Below are positions 44,842 through 58,955 of a stretch of 64,000 nucleotides of DNA, piece by piece. Source of the stretch: Mantamonas sphyraenae STR306 (Eukaryota > Protista > CRuMs); NCBI GenBank assembly GCA_026936335.1, contig JAPMXV010000042.1, positions 620,001 through 684,000 of the forward strand, read 5' to 3'. Within the stretch, counting starts at the first letter, position 1. Every line of letters begins with the position of its first letter. The position numbers and the translations under genes are program-made. The notes below the pieces were generated by a model. That model saw nothing but the letters and a program-made list of their open reading frames with translations. It was not told the origin of the DNA and made no database searches.

Positions 44842-47800
44842 TTACGAAGACGAAGAGGACGATCCAGCCTCGCCCACTTGGGAGGCGATCCACTCTTGGG
44901 CAGCCACAATGGCGTCGGAAGCCTTGGAGACGTCCTCGCCTGTGCCCTGGGCCTTTTGGGCGCTGCCTCCACCACGGCCGTCAACGGCAGCGGTGACAGC
45001 CTTCATCCAGTCGCCGGCACTGATGACGATGACTGGGCCTTGGACACGCCTGCCACCATCTGCAGCTTGCCCTTCTTCAAGGCCGGGTTCTGGCTGACGA
45101 AAAACACGGGCGTCTCCTTGGAGGCCTTGTGTACCTCGCCCACAAAGTCGCGCATGCTCTTTGCGTTCAGACCCTCGCCAAGTTCGGCCACCACAAAGTT
45201 GCTGCCGTTGTTTTTGAGATCCTCAACGATGGCAGCCACGCGCTCTTGGCTCATGGCAGCTGCGTTGGCAACCTGGGCCTTCAGGAACTGCGAATGTGCG
45301 GTGCTGAGGCGGTCGATTGCAGCACGGCACTTGGTGCGCACCACGTAGGGCACCTCGATGCTCTCCAGACGCTCCTTGAAAGCCTTGATCGGCGTGTCCA
45401 GGGCAGCACTCATCTCCATGGCCTCCACCTCGGCCAGAGCAGCCTCCATCTCCTCACCGGCCTGGACCAGCGCACGTGCCTTGTCCCCCGTGTATGCCAC
45501 CACACGGCGCACACCACGAGCAATGCCCTCCTCCTGCACAATGGAGAAGCTCACAGCCACGCCGGTCTTGGTCAAGTGCGTGCCGCCGCAGAACTCCACG
45601 CTGTAGTTCATCCACTCCGGGTTGGCCGGCGACTCCAGCAGGGCAGCAATGGGCACACCCACAGACACCACACGCACGGGATCAGGGTACACCTCGCCAA
45701 ACACGGCGCGCAGGGTCTGGATCTTCTTGGCCTGGCGAAGGGGAACCACCTCGGTGTACACATCGAGATCGTTGGAAATGACGGCGTTGCACACAGCCTC
45801 CACCTGCTCCAGTGCCTCGGTGGGCACGGGTCCCTTGAAGGAAAAGTCGAAGCGCAGACGCTCACCGTCCACCAGCGATCCGCGCTGGTGGCAGCCTTCG
45901 CTGACCTTGTTGCGCAGAGCGTAGTTGAGCACGTGCGTGAGGGTGTGGTTGCTGGCCACGGGACTGCGTTGTTCGTAGTCCACCTCCAGCGTCACTGTGT
46001 CGCCCACCTTCAGGCTGCCGTTGGTGAGCTTGCCAATGTGCAGCACGTAGCCGCCGTACACCTGGCAGTCAGTGACATCCAGACGCACGGACGGATCGCT
46101 GCTCAGCGACAGTGTGCCCTTGTCGGCCACCTGGCCACCGCTCTCGGCGTAGTAGTTGGTCTCGGCACACAGGACACCCACTGTGTCGTCCGTTGCCTCC
46201 AGAGCGTCCACAAGGCCCTCCTCCAGGGTGACAAGAGCCAGGATGTTGCTGTTGATGGATTCGTTCCACACATACTTGGCAGCATCGTCGGTGGTGGCCA
46301 GATCCAGGCGCTTGACCTCTCCCAGCAGGTCCACGGTCAGCGACACGGTCTTTTCGCCCGTGCCCTTGGCCGATGCGCGCGAGCGCTCCTTGGCCTCCTC
46401 CATGCAGGCGTCAAACTCGCTTTGAAGCACCTTGACGTCGTACTCGATGGCCATCAGCTCGGTGAGATCGTAGGGGAAGCCGTAGGTGTCGTACAGCTTG
46501 AACGTCTCTTCGCCGCTGATGTGCCTGGTCTCGTCCACGTTGTCGACCAGGGAGCGGAAGTGACGCAGACCATTGTCCAGCGTCCTGGCAAATGCGTCTT
46601 CCTCCTCCTCAATGGTGTCCACGATGATGTCCTTGTACTGGATGATTTCCGGGAACTGTTCGCCCATCTGTTCGACAAGGGTGGGCACGAGGCGAGACAG
46701 GAAGTGTTCGCCGGCACCGAGGTTCTCGTGGCCATAGCGGTAGGCACGACGCAGAATGCGACGCACGACATAGCCGCGTCCCTCGCTGTTGGGAATGCCG
46801 CCGTCAGCAATGGCAAAGGTGATGGTGCGCAGATGGTCGGCAACAACACGGTAGGCCATGTCCACGCGCCCTTCGTCTTCGTCACCCATCTTGGCCGTGT
46901 AAGGATGCGGGGCGTTGGTCTCGCGATGGATGGCCTCGAAAAGCGGGGCAAACACATCTGTGTCGTAGTTGCTGTACTTGCCCTGGAGGATGCAGGTGAC
47001 ACGCTCAAAGCCCATGCCTGTGTCCACATGCTTGGCCGGCAGCGTCTTGAGCACGTCGGCGCTCTCGCGGTTGTACTGCATGAACACCAGGTTCCAGATC
47101 TCAATCACGGTCGGATCGTCCTGGTTGACCAGACTTGCAGCGTCTCGGCCCTGTGTGCGGTGTGTGGACAGGTGGGCGGATAGGTTCGGCGTGCGGTGTG
47201 TCGTTTACCACAGTGGCCCGTGCTGTGGTGTCAGTCGCTGTGCGTGGTTGCGTTCACTAAGCAAGCAACGGCTGCGGGAACATTCTGTTCCCGGGGACTG
47301 GGGCGAAACGGCCAGGCGAACCAACGCCTGCTCAGTTCCGGCTGTGGAGCGCAGGTCAAACAACAAAACACAGCCAGTAGAGCATGGGTGGCATTGCAGA
47401 AGCCAAAAGGACACATGCAACAGGCGGCGTGGCGACCCCAGCACTCAGGTGGGAGCCTGGACGGATTCGCCGGAATGCGAATGAGGCTGGGAAAGGTGCT
47501 GACCGAGGAAAAAACGCAACGTACGCCGACAATGTCGTAGTGGATCTCGGAGCAGGGACCACAGGGGCCCGTATCTCCCATCTCCCAGAAGTTGTCCTTG
47601 GCGTCGCAGCCGAGGATGTGCGAGGCAGGCAGGTACTTGAGCCAGAGCTCGCGTGCTTCGTCGTCGCACTCGACCTCGTCGCTGCCGCAAAAGTAGGTGG
47701 CATACATGCGCTCAGGGTCCAAGCCGTACGTGTTGACGAGCAAATCCCATGCCATGTCGATGGCCTCCTCCTTGAAGTAGTCACCAAAGGACCAGTTGCC

Positions 47801-48124
47801 CAGCATCTCAAAGAAGGTGTGGTGGTAGGTGTCCTTGCCGACGTCGTCCAAATCGTTGTGCTTGCCACCAGCACGGATGCACTTTTGGGTGCTGGCGGCG
47901 CGCTTGAGAGTGGCAAACTCCGTCTTGGGGTCCACCGTGCCCAGGAAGATGCTCTTGAACTGGTTCATGCCAGCGTTGGCAAACAGCAGGGTGGGGTCGT
48001 CCAGCGGCACCACGGGCGATGAGTCGATGATTGCATGCTCGTTCTTCTGTTCAAAATGGTCCAGGAATGTCTGGCGCACCCTTGAGGCGGGCCATTCAAT
48101 GTCTGACGATGTCGAAGAGGACAT
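44842..48124 (-). CDS. AARS1: Cytosolic-type alanyl-tRNA synthetase; 1 intron; frameshift at ~45030
   Basis: [72 protein letters not shown]-Ala tail DWMKAV...GRGGG..KAQGTG lies in the -1 frame, stop at 44842. Confidence 0.96.
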
Positions 48125-48199
48125 GAGGTCTTGAAAGTTTTGTTTTTGGTTTGGGTGGCTGCGTCGACGCATCCCACTCGTTTCCCCATCATCGCACAC

Positions 48200-48586
48200 T
48201 CACAACACAGCCACGGCAACACTGGATCCTGCCATGACAAGGGCAACCGGCACCCACAGCATCTTCTCCTTCTTGCTGGGACTGGCTGCGTTTGCAAGCA
48301 AGGTGAGGCAGCAGAAGCCAAAAACGACCCAAATGACGACGGTGCTGGTCTGGAACAGGTCTTGGAACAAGAGACGACCACGCACGAGGACCACCAGGAT
48401 GAAAAACACAAGAACCAGAGCGTTGAAAACGCTGGCGATGCGCATCTTTCGTGGGAGGACACCCGGCCACTTGCCGCCGTTGGAGCACTCACCCCACGGA
48501 GCCCCTGCAGCCAAAGCAAGTTGGAACGCGACTACTGCAGATGCAAACACAGCAAACACCAAAGCCAAAGCCGCTGCAGAATCCAT
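48200..48586 (-). CDS. Small ~4-TM membrane protein resembling a bacterial conserved-hypothetical family; intronless
   Basis: FQLALAAGAPWGE..NGGKWPGVLPRKMRIAS ... NAASPSKKEKMLWVPVAL; four hydrophobic segments. Confidence 0.75.
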   Translation of the reverse strand: MDSAAALALVFAVFASAVVAFQLALAAGAPWGECSNGGKWPGVLPRKMRIASVFNALVLVFFILVVLVRGRLLFQDLFQTSTVVIWVVFGFCCLTLLANAASPSKKEKMLWVPVALVMAGSSVAVAVL

Positions 48587-48781
48587 GCCTTTTCTTTCGG
48601 GTCAAAAAAGTGCTGTGAGCGTCTGCGCAGCGAGCGACCGCATGCATTGCGCATGCGTATGGATGCACGGCCACGCATTGCATTGACGCAGATTGTTTGT
48701 GTGTGCACGTGGACCAGGGTGAGAAGCATGTGCACACGACGGTCTCGCCAAACCAACAGAAGAGGCACTGCTCCACGCTCC

Positions 48782-51205
<2,424 letters not shown>

Positions 51206-51247
51206 GCGACAGAGGCACAACAATGGACACACCCTGTTCAGGGGATC

Positions 51248-52215
51248 CCAATCACCACTCGCACCATGTCGTCAGTATGCTGCCGCTGTGTGGTATGTTG
51301 TCGTGCCCACAACAGCGCAGCCGCCCGCCGAGCCAGCCAAAAACTCAACACAGATGGTGAGTGTGCACCTGCTGGTGCTGCAAGAGTGATATGGTGTCGA
51401 GTCGAAGATGGGGTGTGAGGCACGTGGCGGTGGAGTCCATGGAGCATCCAGAAGTGAAGGTTGTCCCGCACCACTGAAGGCGGGTTGCCGGCAGGATCTC
51501 CAGCCGCCGATGGAGGAGGCAGGAGGCAAGGAGGAGTTGCCATGTGTGAACCACGAGGGGATATGGTCACGGGAGAAGGACTCAGGGGCAAAGAGGAGGA
51601 CGTGTGTGGTGTGTGTGGATGTGGAGGGACAAAGATGTGGCGGCGCATGCATTTTTTTCGTGGCGGGCGGGAGAGGACGAAGGGCTAACGCAGTACTGGG
51701 GACGACACACAGACCAAGGGTACCTTTAGCCAGGGACGTCGCCACAACAAGACACACACGTCGTGCATCCGCTGCGCACGTGTGTCGTTCCACATCCAGA
51801 AGAAGACCTGTGCGTCTTGCGGCTACCCCGACCGCCGTATGCGCAAGTGTAAGTTTGAATGGAGGCGGGAAAGGGGCAAGGGGGCATATGGAGAGACGCG
51901 GGGGGTAATGGGAAGGTGTGGAGGAAGAGTGGGCAGTGGGATGGGGGCAAGAGGACGGGAGAGCGGGCGTGGGTGTGGAGAGGGGCGGAGAAAGAGGCGG
52001 AAGTGGGTCGCATTTTGGGAGGCCCCCCGTTTTGGCCGGTGCAGAAGATTGGCCGGCGGCGCGAGAAGGGTGTGGGGACATGGAAAGAGAGGAAGGGGAG
52101 AGGCGTGCGTGTAGAGGAGGGAGAGGAAGGGTGGATGTGGGGCGGAAAGGGATGGAGGGGGAGAGTGCAGAGGTGGGATTGGGTTCAGGTTTTCGCCCAG
52201 CACAACATCAGCGCT

Positions 52216-52247
<32 letters not shown>

Positions 52248-52466
52248 ACATGAACGCAACCACAGTCAACTGGGGCATCAAGGCCAAGCGACGACGCACG
52301 ACCGGCACTGGCCGCATGCGCTACCTGAAGCACATGGCCCGCCGCGCCAAGAACAACTTCCGTGAGGGCACTCAGGCCCCGAGCGTCAAGCGCGCTTAAG
52401 CGACAGGAATTGCAATTGGGAAAATGAACACGGTTTCAGGTTTTTGCTTCATTCATCAATGCGGCA
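51248..52466 (+). repeat. Left arm of ~1.22-kb inverted duplication (partner 60415-61634)
   Basis: Reverse complement aligns end to end with 60415-61634, with roughly a dozen small differences; those I saw are non-coding. Confidence 0.97.
51354..52399 (+). CDS. RPL37: 60S ribosomal protein eL37, derived copy; exons 51354-51356, ~51712-51848, 52266-52399
   Basis: M|[39 protein letters not shown]...|[21 protein letters not shown]. Confidence 0.96.
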
Positions 52467-52529
52467 GTCCAGTCCAACGACGTTGCGCAGCGACTGGAGA
52501 GAAATCACAAACGGACCCACGAGTCACTA

Positions 52530-53360
52530 TTATTCATCCCCTCCAGGAAACCGGAATTCGTACGCTAGCTTGGTGCCGCTTGCAATGCCAAAACGGCCTT
52601 TGGCTACCGTTTTGATGGTCAGGCCAGGCGTCAGCCATTCGGTCTTCCACTGTGTGGCTGGTGTTGGCATGATGGGTCCGACGCGAGGCACCCCGAGTAG
52701 CTCCGTGGGCGTCTTTTGCTCCACAATGCGCAGCAGTTGCTCGTGGCTCTCTTGGACACGCTTGCGCATGTGAAACGTGCGCGTCAACGCCATGGTTTGC
52801 TCCTTCTTGGACAGCTTTTGCTTGCGTTTGCGCTTCCCTTGTCCATCGCTCCCGGTGAAATGTACAGGTGCACCGCTGTGGCCGATCTTGGGTGGGGTCT
52901 GCAGCTCTGTGATGCGTCGTTTCTTGCGCACCCATTCGCGGTGAGGCGTGTGATCCACTCCAGCCTGTCCCGTCATGCTACTGCTCCTCTGCTGGCTCGC
53001 GTCCGGCGTCATAGTTTTCCCTTGAGGTTTTCGCCATTTGTGTCGTCCTTTGCTCTTCCCGTCCGTCCCGTTCCACTCATCCTCCTCCTCTTTCTTTGTG
53101 TCATCCATCACCAAAGCATCGCTGATGGCTTGTGAGCCCACCAATGAGCCATCCACGTCATCCTCGTCGCTGCTCCACCCGTCCTGTTCATCTTCAACTT
53201 CCTCGTCCCACTCTCGCGTCCGCTTCCTCGTTTCACCTCCTTCTGGCGATGCTGGCAGCGACTCTGTGCAATCTGCCTGCACCGTAGCTACAGCACTGCT
53301 CGACATGGGCACACTGGCGCTTGTGTTGCTTGGCAGAAAGCGTTGAAGTGTTGTCTGCAT
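52530..53360 (-). CDS. Hypothetical nuclear protein with N-terminal PIP-box-like motif
   Basis: ATG at 53360 gives MQTTLQRFL. Acidic and basic (KRKRKQK) low-complexity regions follow. Confidence 0.6.
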   Translation of the reverse strand: MQTTLQRFLPSNTSASVPMSSSAVATVQADCTESLPASPEGGETRKRTREWDEEVEDEQDGWSSDEDDVDGSLVGSQAISDALVMDDTKKEEEDEWNGTDGKSKGRHKWRKPQGKTMTPDASQQRSSSMTGQAGVDHTPHREWVRKKRRITELQTPPKIGHSGAPVHFTGSDGQGKRKRKQKLSKKEQTMALTRTFHMRKRVQESHEQLLRIVEQKTPTELLGVPRVGPIMPTPATQWKTEWLTPGLTIKTVAKGRFGIASGTKLAYEFRFPGGDE

Positions 53361-53410
53361 GGCCGCCGTCGCTGCCGCAGCCAACCAAAACCCCTCCCCC
53401 CTTCCTCGCC

Positions 53411-55347
53411 ATGTCGCGCCGCGAGACCAACGAGCAGATGGCTCTGCGCGTGTACGAGCGCGACATCAAGCCGCAACACGAAATGCGGCAGAACAATTAC
53501 TAGTGAGTCAGCGGCACGACCACATCTGCATCTCCAACGGTCGACACCCTTGCCAGCCCTCCACTGCTTCACCATCGACTTTCTGCATTACCACACAGCC
53601 CTCCACACCCGAAATGGCCCCATTCCCACTGACCAACGTCCCTATTGCTTGTCCTCATCGCAGTATGGAGAAGAACCAGGAACTGCAACGGAAGAAGGAC
53701 GAGCTGGTCGAGCGGATCCAAGAGTTGGAGCATACCCTGGAAGAAGAGCGCCAGGAGGTCCTCAAGAACGAACACTACAAGGTCGAAAGCGAGCAGAAGG
53801 ACAACAAGATCAACGAATTGGAAGCTCTGATCGCCAAGGCTGACCGTGACAAGCGTGCGTTGCTTCGGTGCCCCCCCCCCGTTTTCAAAGCCTTCACCGC
53901 AGCATGCCATATCGCTGACACATGCCGTCTTTCCTTGTTCTCACATCGACTCCTGGACTCTACACACACGGATACACACGCAGACGCCATGGAGAAACTC
54001 CACAAACTGCAGATGGAGCAGATGGAGGCAGAGAAGAACGCCAAGATTGAGGCCTTGAACGAGGAGCTGGCCACACTCAACACCTTTCGCGCACGCAAGG
54101 CTGAAATCGAACGGGAAGAGAAACGCATGAAACGGCAGCTGCAGGAGGAGCGAGAGGCCCACGAAGCCGAGATCACAAAGCTTGACCGCGAGTTTGCCCA
54201 GGAGAAACGACGTGTGCGCGAGTCGATGAAAGAGAAACTCAAGGAGACGCAGGACAACCTGCTCAAACTCACAGACAAGGCTCTCGACACAACTACAAAG
54301 CGCACCATTCTCGAGAACGTCAAACTGGGCGTCGAACTGGGCTTCCAGTCCAAGGAGAGCGAGAAGCTCATGTCGCAGAACAAGCTGCTGAAAAAGAAGC
54401 TGCACGAGCACAGGCTGCAGGAAGAGCTACTCGAAGAGGAAAAGGTGCAGCTGGCCAAAAAGCACATTTCCTCGCAAAAGGTGGTCAAAATGCTGATGGC
54501 GCGTGTCAAAGAGCTCGAAGACATGTTGGAAAAGTCGGTCAGCAAAGACAACGCTCACGCACTGGTTCAGCAGAAGAATGAGCAGGTGGCTGCTCGCGAA
54601 CAGGACATCACGAATCTCCTTAATGAGCGCGAAAACATGCTCGACGACCTCGAAGGCATGCAGCAGGAGATTGGCCATCTGCAGGAGGAGCAGCAAGAAA
54701 TGCTGGGCGTCCTCAACGAGGCTGCGGGCTTCATCGTCTCTTTGCTCAACCAGGCGCAGAACGGCGCTGCTGGACCCAACTCGCTCAACTCCTTGTCCAT
54801 GATGCCTATGATGAGCAACCTTTCCCTGGCAAACGCCAGCAAGCTTAGCGAAGTCAGCGTCGAGGGCGCTGAGGAGATGACTCCCTTGGAGCGTGAACGC
54901 GCCCTCCGCCAGATTCTTGCCAAACTCAACTTCTTCCAAGGTGACGACGACACGAACGGCACACAGGCCGCGTTGGAGGAACAGGTGCGCCTGCACCAAA
55001 GCGCTGCCGTCCACGAAAGCGACACGCCCTACAGCGAAGCCTCCGTTGACAGCGAAAGCATGCACGGTGAACACAGCGAGGATATGTACAAATCACAACA
55101 CAGGCGGCGGGTGGAAACCACAGACACTGGTGTCCAAACTGACAGTGTTGCCAAGCTGCTCCTGGGCAAACCATCCTCTCTCGCCGCAACCATCGGCTCT
55201 GCCCAGAGCCTCACTACGTCCACTTCATCCGCAGACGCCAGTGCCGCTGCCCTCAACGCCATGCCCTCACGCAGCTGGGGCAAGAAGGCAAGCTCCATGA
55301 AACTCAGCAAGCACTCGCCCCAAGTATTCTTGACAAAGCGACGGTGA
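53411..55347 (+). CDS. CFAP157: Cilia/flagella-associated coiled-coil protein, CFAP157-like; 2 introns
   Basis: LNEELATLNTFRARK, LDREFAQEKRRV, LDTTTKRTILEN...ELGFQSKE, LAKKHISSQKVVKML. Confidence 0.75.
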
Positions 55348-55415
55348 CGCTGCATGAATTCCATTCAACTGCATTTTCCTCCATGATGATGTCATGCTGA
55401 ATCCACACCTCCTCC

Positions 55416-56702
55416 TCACGCACTCACATGCTCAAGCAACCAGTCGATGACGTTCTCACCGTTGGCCACTTCTTCCTCCAACAGCAGATTGAACACGCTG
55501 CCCACAGTCGCGCCGGAATCCGCTGCCACGGTGGCCAACTTCTCCAAGTTTTCGGTTTCGTAGTGCCTAAACGTGCAGAACGACATGTGCTTGCCGGCAA
55601 GCGAGCACGCAAGCCAAATCAGCACTGCCTTGAGGTCCGGCTGGCCACCAAACATTCCCGAGCCCCACCGGCCTGCAGACACGCTTTTGTGCGTATCTGT
55701 GCCCACAAAGCCAGCCAGCAGCTTCAGCACCTCGCGCTTCATGTTCTTGGGCTTGAATTGGAACGAGGCCGGAGAGCCTGCAAAGAATATGGCGTCCACG
55801 GCAACAATCACTCGCTTCAAACATCCATCCTCATCCTTTTCCGTCACCTCTTCTTCGTGCACGCCTGTGCACTTGAAGCTGTGTCCGTACCCTGTGCCAT
55901 CGGTGAACTTGCGAGCGCCAGAAATCACAATCGCCTCGTTGTCCTCCATCTTTTCGCACAGCAGCATGCCCACCAGCGCTTCGGGATGCTGAGTGAACTG
56001 TAGCTCCTCCTGCACGTTGCCAAACGTCAGCACGCCGCCGCCCAGGTAGGCGTTGGCAAAGTCCATCATCAGGTGGTCCGTGGCAAAGTCGTCGATCACC
56101 TTGTCGTCGTGCAGGCTCACAGTAGTCAAGGGCACATCGCTGGAGGCCAAGTCCTCGTCTGCGTCGTACACCTTGCGTTCGAAGCGCAGATAGCGCTCCT
56201 CCTCTTCCTGAACGACCGCAGCAAAGTACAGCAGCAGGGCTGCCACCTTGTGCTGCTGGCTGCCGAGATCCCCTCCCGAGAACAGGTGGTGAGCCGACCA
56301 CTCGGGCCATCCAAAGTCGTGGTGCGATGCGATACCCAGGAACATGGCCGCCAGCAGGCTGGCGACTTGTCGCGCAGAAAGCAACACGGAATTCCCTTGT
56401 CCGGCTGGCATCTGCTGGATGGGTTCAGCAAATAGCTCGGGCATGTGACGAACCAATTCGTAGATGGCCTGAACGCTGGCATCAAAGTCCACAACATCCA
56501 GTTCAAGCGCTGCCCGCAGGGCCGACGTCGAGTTGTGATCGCCAAAGAAACCCTGGTTGAACGCGCCCATGCGCATCAGAAGACGCTCAGTGTCCTTGGG
56601 AACCTTTTCCTCAGCCACTTGCTTGGCAATCTTTGCCCAGCGTGACTCGTCCAGGCAGGGCGGGCTCCATGTGCGCTGTTCTTTGCTGTTCGTCTGCGAC
56701 AT
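55416..56702 (-). CDS. PARG: Poly(ADP-ribose) glycohydrolase, canonical catalytic domain only
   Basis: DFANAYLGGGVLTFGNVQEELQF (GGG-x-QEE signature), HPE, GYGHSF, VAVDA, GRWGSGMFGG. Confidence 0.92.
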   Translation of the reverse strand: MSQTNSKEQRTWSPPCLDESRWAKIAKQVAEEKVPKDTERLLMRMGAFNQGFFGDHNSTSALRAALELDVVDFDASVQAIYELVRHMPELFAEPIQQMPAGQGNSVLLSARQVASLLAAMFLGIASHHDFGWPEWSAHHLFSGGDLGSQQHKVAALLLYFAAVVQEEEERYLRFERKVYDADEDLASSDVPLTTVSLHDDKVIDDFATDHLMMDFANAYLGGGVLTFGNVQEELQFTQHPEALVGMLLCEKMEDNEAIVISGARKFTDGTGYGHSFKCTGVHEEEVTEKDEDGCLKRVIVAVDAIFFAGSPASFQFKPKNMKREVLKLLAGFVGTDTHKSVSAGRWGSGMFGGQPDLKAVLIWLACSLAGKHMSFCTFRHYETENLEKLATVAADSGATVGSVFNLLLEEEVANGENVIDWLLEHVSA

Positions 56703-56955
56703 CGATTTGGACTGCTCACCCGCGCGCAAGAGCACAAGAGCACACGTCTTGAACTCAAGACGTGAACGATGAGACGGAGAACGGGTCTCGCCTGCTTGCG
56801 TTGAGCCACAGGCACGTACAGTGTGGTGCCCTGCACGTGCCAGCACAAACACACCCGACCCAACAGCTCCAAGTCCGCTGCCTCCCCTGGCATCACCAAT
56901 TCCATCCGGCAGTCCCATCTTCACATCACCACACGTTGATTCTTTCTTGAAGGAC

Positions 56956-58923
56956 ATGTCTACCTTGGGTCTGAAACGCAACCCAAACAGACTGGTGTTC
57001 CGCTGGAACATTGTCAAGCGCAACTCTCTGGGACGACGCCAGCGACGACTGCTGGAAGTCAACACGCTGTTTGGGCGTCTGCAAACCTTCCAGGGCATTG
57101 ACGCCCCGCTGCTGCGCGACTTTCCGCTGGAGAGCATCCTGGAGGTGTCCAAATCGCAAACCGACGAAAAGCTGCTTAACGTCACCTTTGACAACCTCAG
57201 CCACCAGTACGCGCTTGAGTTTGAAAGCAGCCTGGACCGCGAGTTTGCGTACATTATCATCACATACTCGAAAAGCAGGGCCATTGCCAAGGTAGGAGCT
57301 GCGTAGGCGGCAGTGAAGTGCCACCAGCGCGCAGCACCAGATATGTGTGTTTGGACCACGCTCACACAAGCCTGCTGCACACCCGCCCTGACCCGGCGTC
57401 CCTTTACAGATGTGCCAACACATGACCAACGACGAAATCAAGGCTGTGATCAAACGGTTCGCCGACTCGGGCCTCCATGCCTACGTTGCGGACAAAGACG
57501 ACGTTCGCGTAAGTTGGCCGAGAGGGCCCACAAAGCAGAACCAGACGACCGGCACATCCTTGAGCCAGGCTGCTCTGCCACCCACGTCACGCGAGCACAT
57601 ACTCACATTCCCGCCCTGCTTCCCCTCTGCACACAGCAAGGCGTGGAGCAAGGAGGCGGCGCCATGATGAAGCTCAAGACGTCGCTGAAAGGCGGCTCGG
57701 ATTCGGCTCGCAGGATGTCCCAAGCTCGCGACGACCGCGTCGCAATCAAGACAGGCTGGCTCACAAAACTTGGAGGACGCACCTCGGGTCGCCAGAACTG
57801 GAAGTACGTGTCCACTGCCCGCTGCGTGTCTAGCCCTCGTGTTCCCGTGCTGCGCGGGCTCCCCGTTTGTTTGGCGTTTTGCTCATCGCAAAAAGCGAGT
57901 TGCACGATCCCTTTTGCACGCCTGCCCGTGCTCCCCCACGCCGTGTTTGACTCTTTCACCATACTCACACACGCACATTGCCATCTTCTACACAGGCGTC
58001 GCTACTTTGTGCTCCAGGGCACCCAACTGTTTTATTACAAATCCGAAAAGGTGGGCTTGCCAACTTTGTGCTTGTGACGAACATCCGAAAACGCCCCTGC
58101 TTTCGTTTGCTCACACCTGTCACCATCTGGTCACTCACTGTCCACGCCGCCCCATCCCACCCACCATCACTCTGCGCACTCACGTATGCACTCGGTACAG
58201 AATGCATCCAACAACAAGTACCAGGGCGTTGTGACGGTGCAGAACGCAACCGTGGGTACCGCCACAGACAAGCCAAACTGCTTCCAGGTGACCCAGGCCA
58301 ACGGCATTGTGTTCAAGGCTTACGCAGACTACCAGCCGCTGTGCTTGGACTGGATGGCTGTGCTGGACAAGGTCGCACGAGGCGAACCCATCGTTGCAAA
58401 CGAACCGCTGGAGAACAGCAGCAAGTCCTCCCTTGCAAGCAGACTGCGCGGGAAGAGCAGCCAAGGCTCGGCCAAAAAGTTGGAGAGCAAGCTTTCACGG
58501 GACGCCTCGGATGTGAGCACCGACGACGAAGACACCGCACAGCTCGCCAAACGGGCAGCCTCCAAGAAGCTCAAATCGGACCTGAACGAACGACTGGAAG
58601 CAGTCACGCTTTCACAGGACGAACTGGCGTCTATCGAAGAGTCTGTGGGCCAAACCGTGTTTGAGGACGAAGACGACGACCTCTCCGATCTAAGCGACGA
58701 CGAGCGCTCGTATCTCGAGGAACAGCGCACTCTTCGTGTCGCCGAACGCCTGGAGGAACTCAAAAAGGAGGCTTTGGAAAAGAAGCGATCGGCTGTGGAA
58801 AAGGAGTTTCGGGAACAGCACGCAGACGACGCTGGATACAGTAGTGACGAACTCGACTCGGCCGAGAGCAGCACAGGAGGCAGCAGCAGGCGCATGGGAA
58901 CAGGAGCTGGCAGCAGCAGCAAC

Positions 58924-58955
<32 letters not shown>

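Noticed and set aside
51849-52265. snoRNA in RPL37 introns
   Set aside because: No convincing sense-strand box C (RTGATGA)/D pair or H/ACA structure seen. A covariance-model search would be needed.
53498-53506. In-frame TAG in CFAP157 exon 1 suggesting stop-codon readthrough
   Set aside because: The TAG is split by the GTGAGT splice donor (TA|GT); splicing gives TAT.
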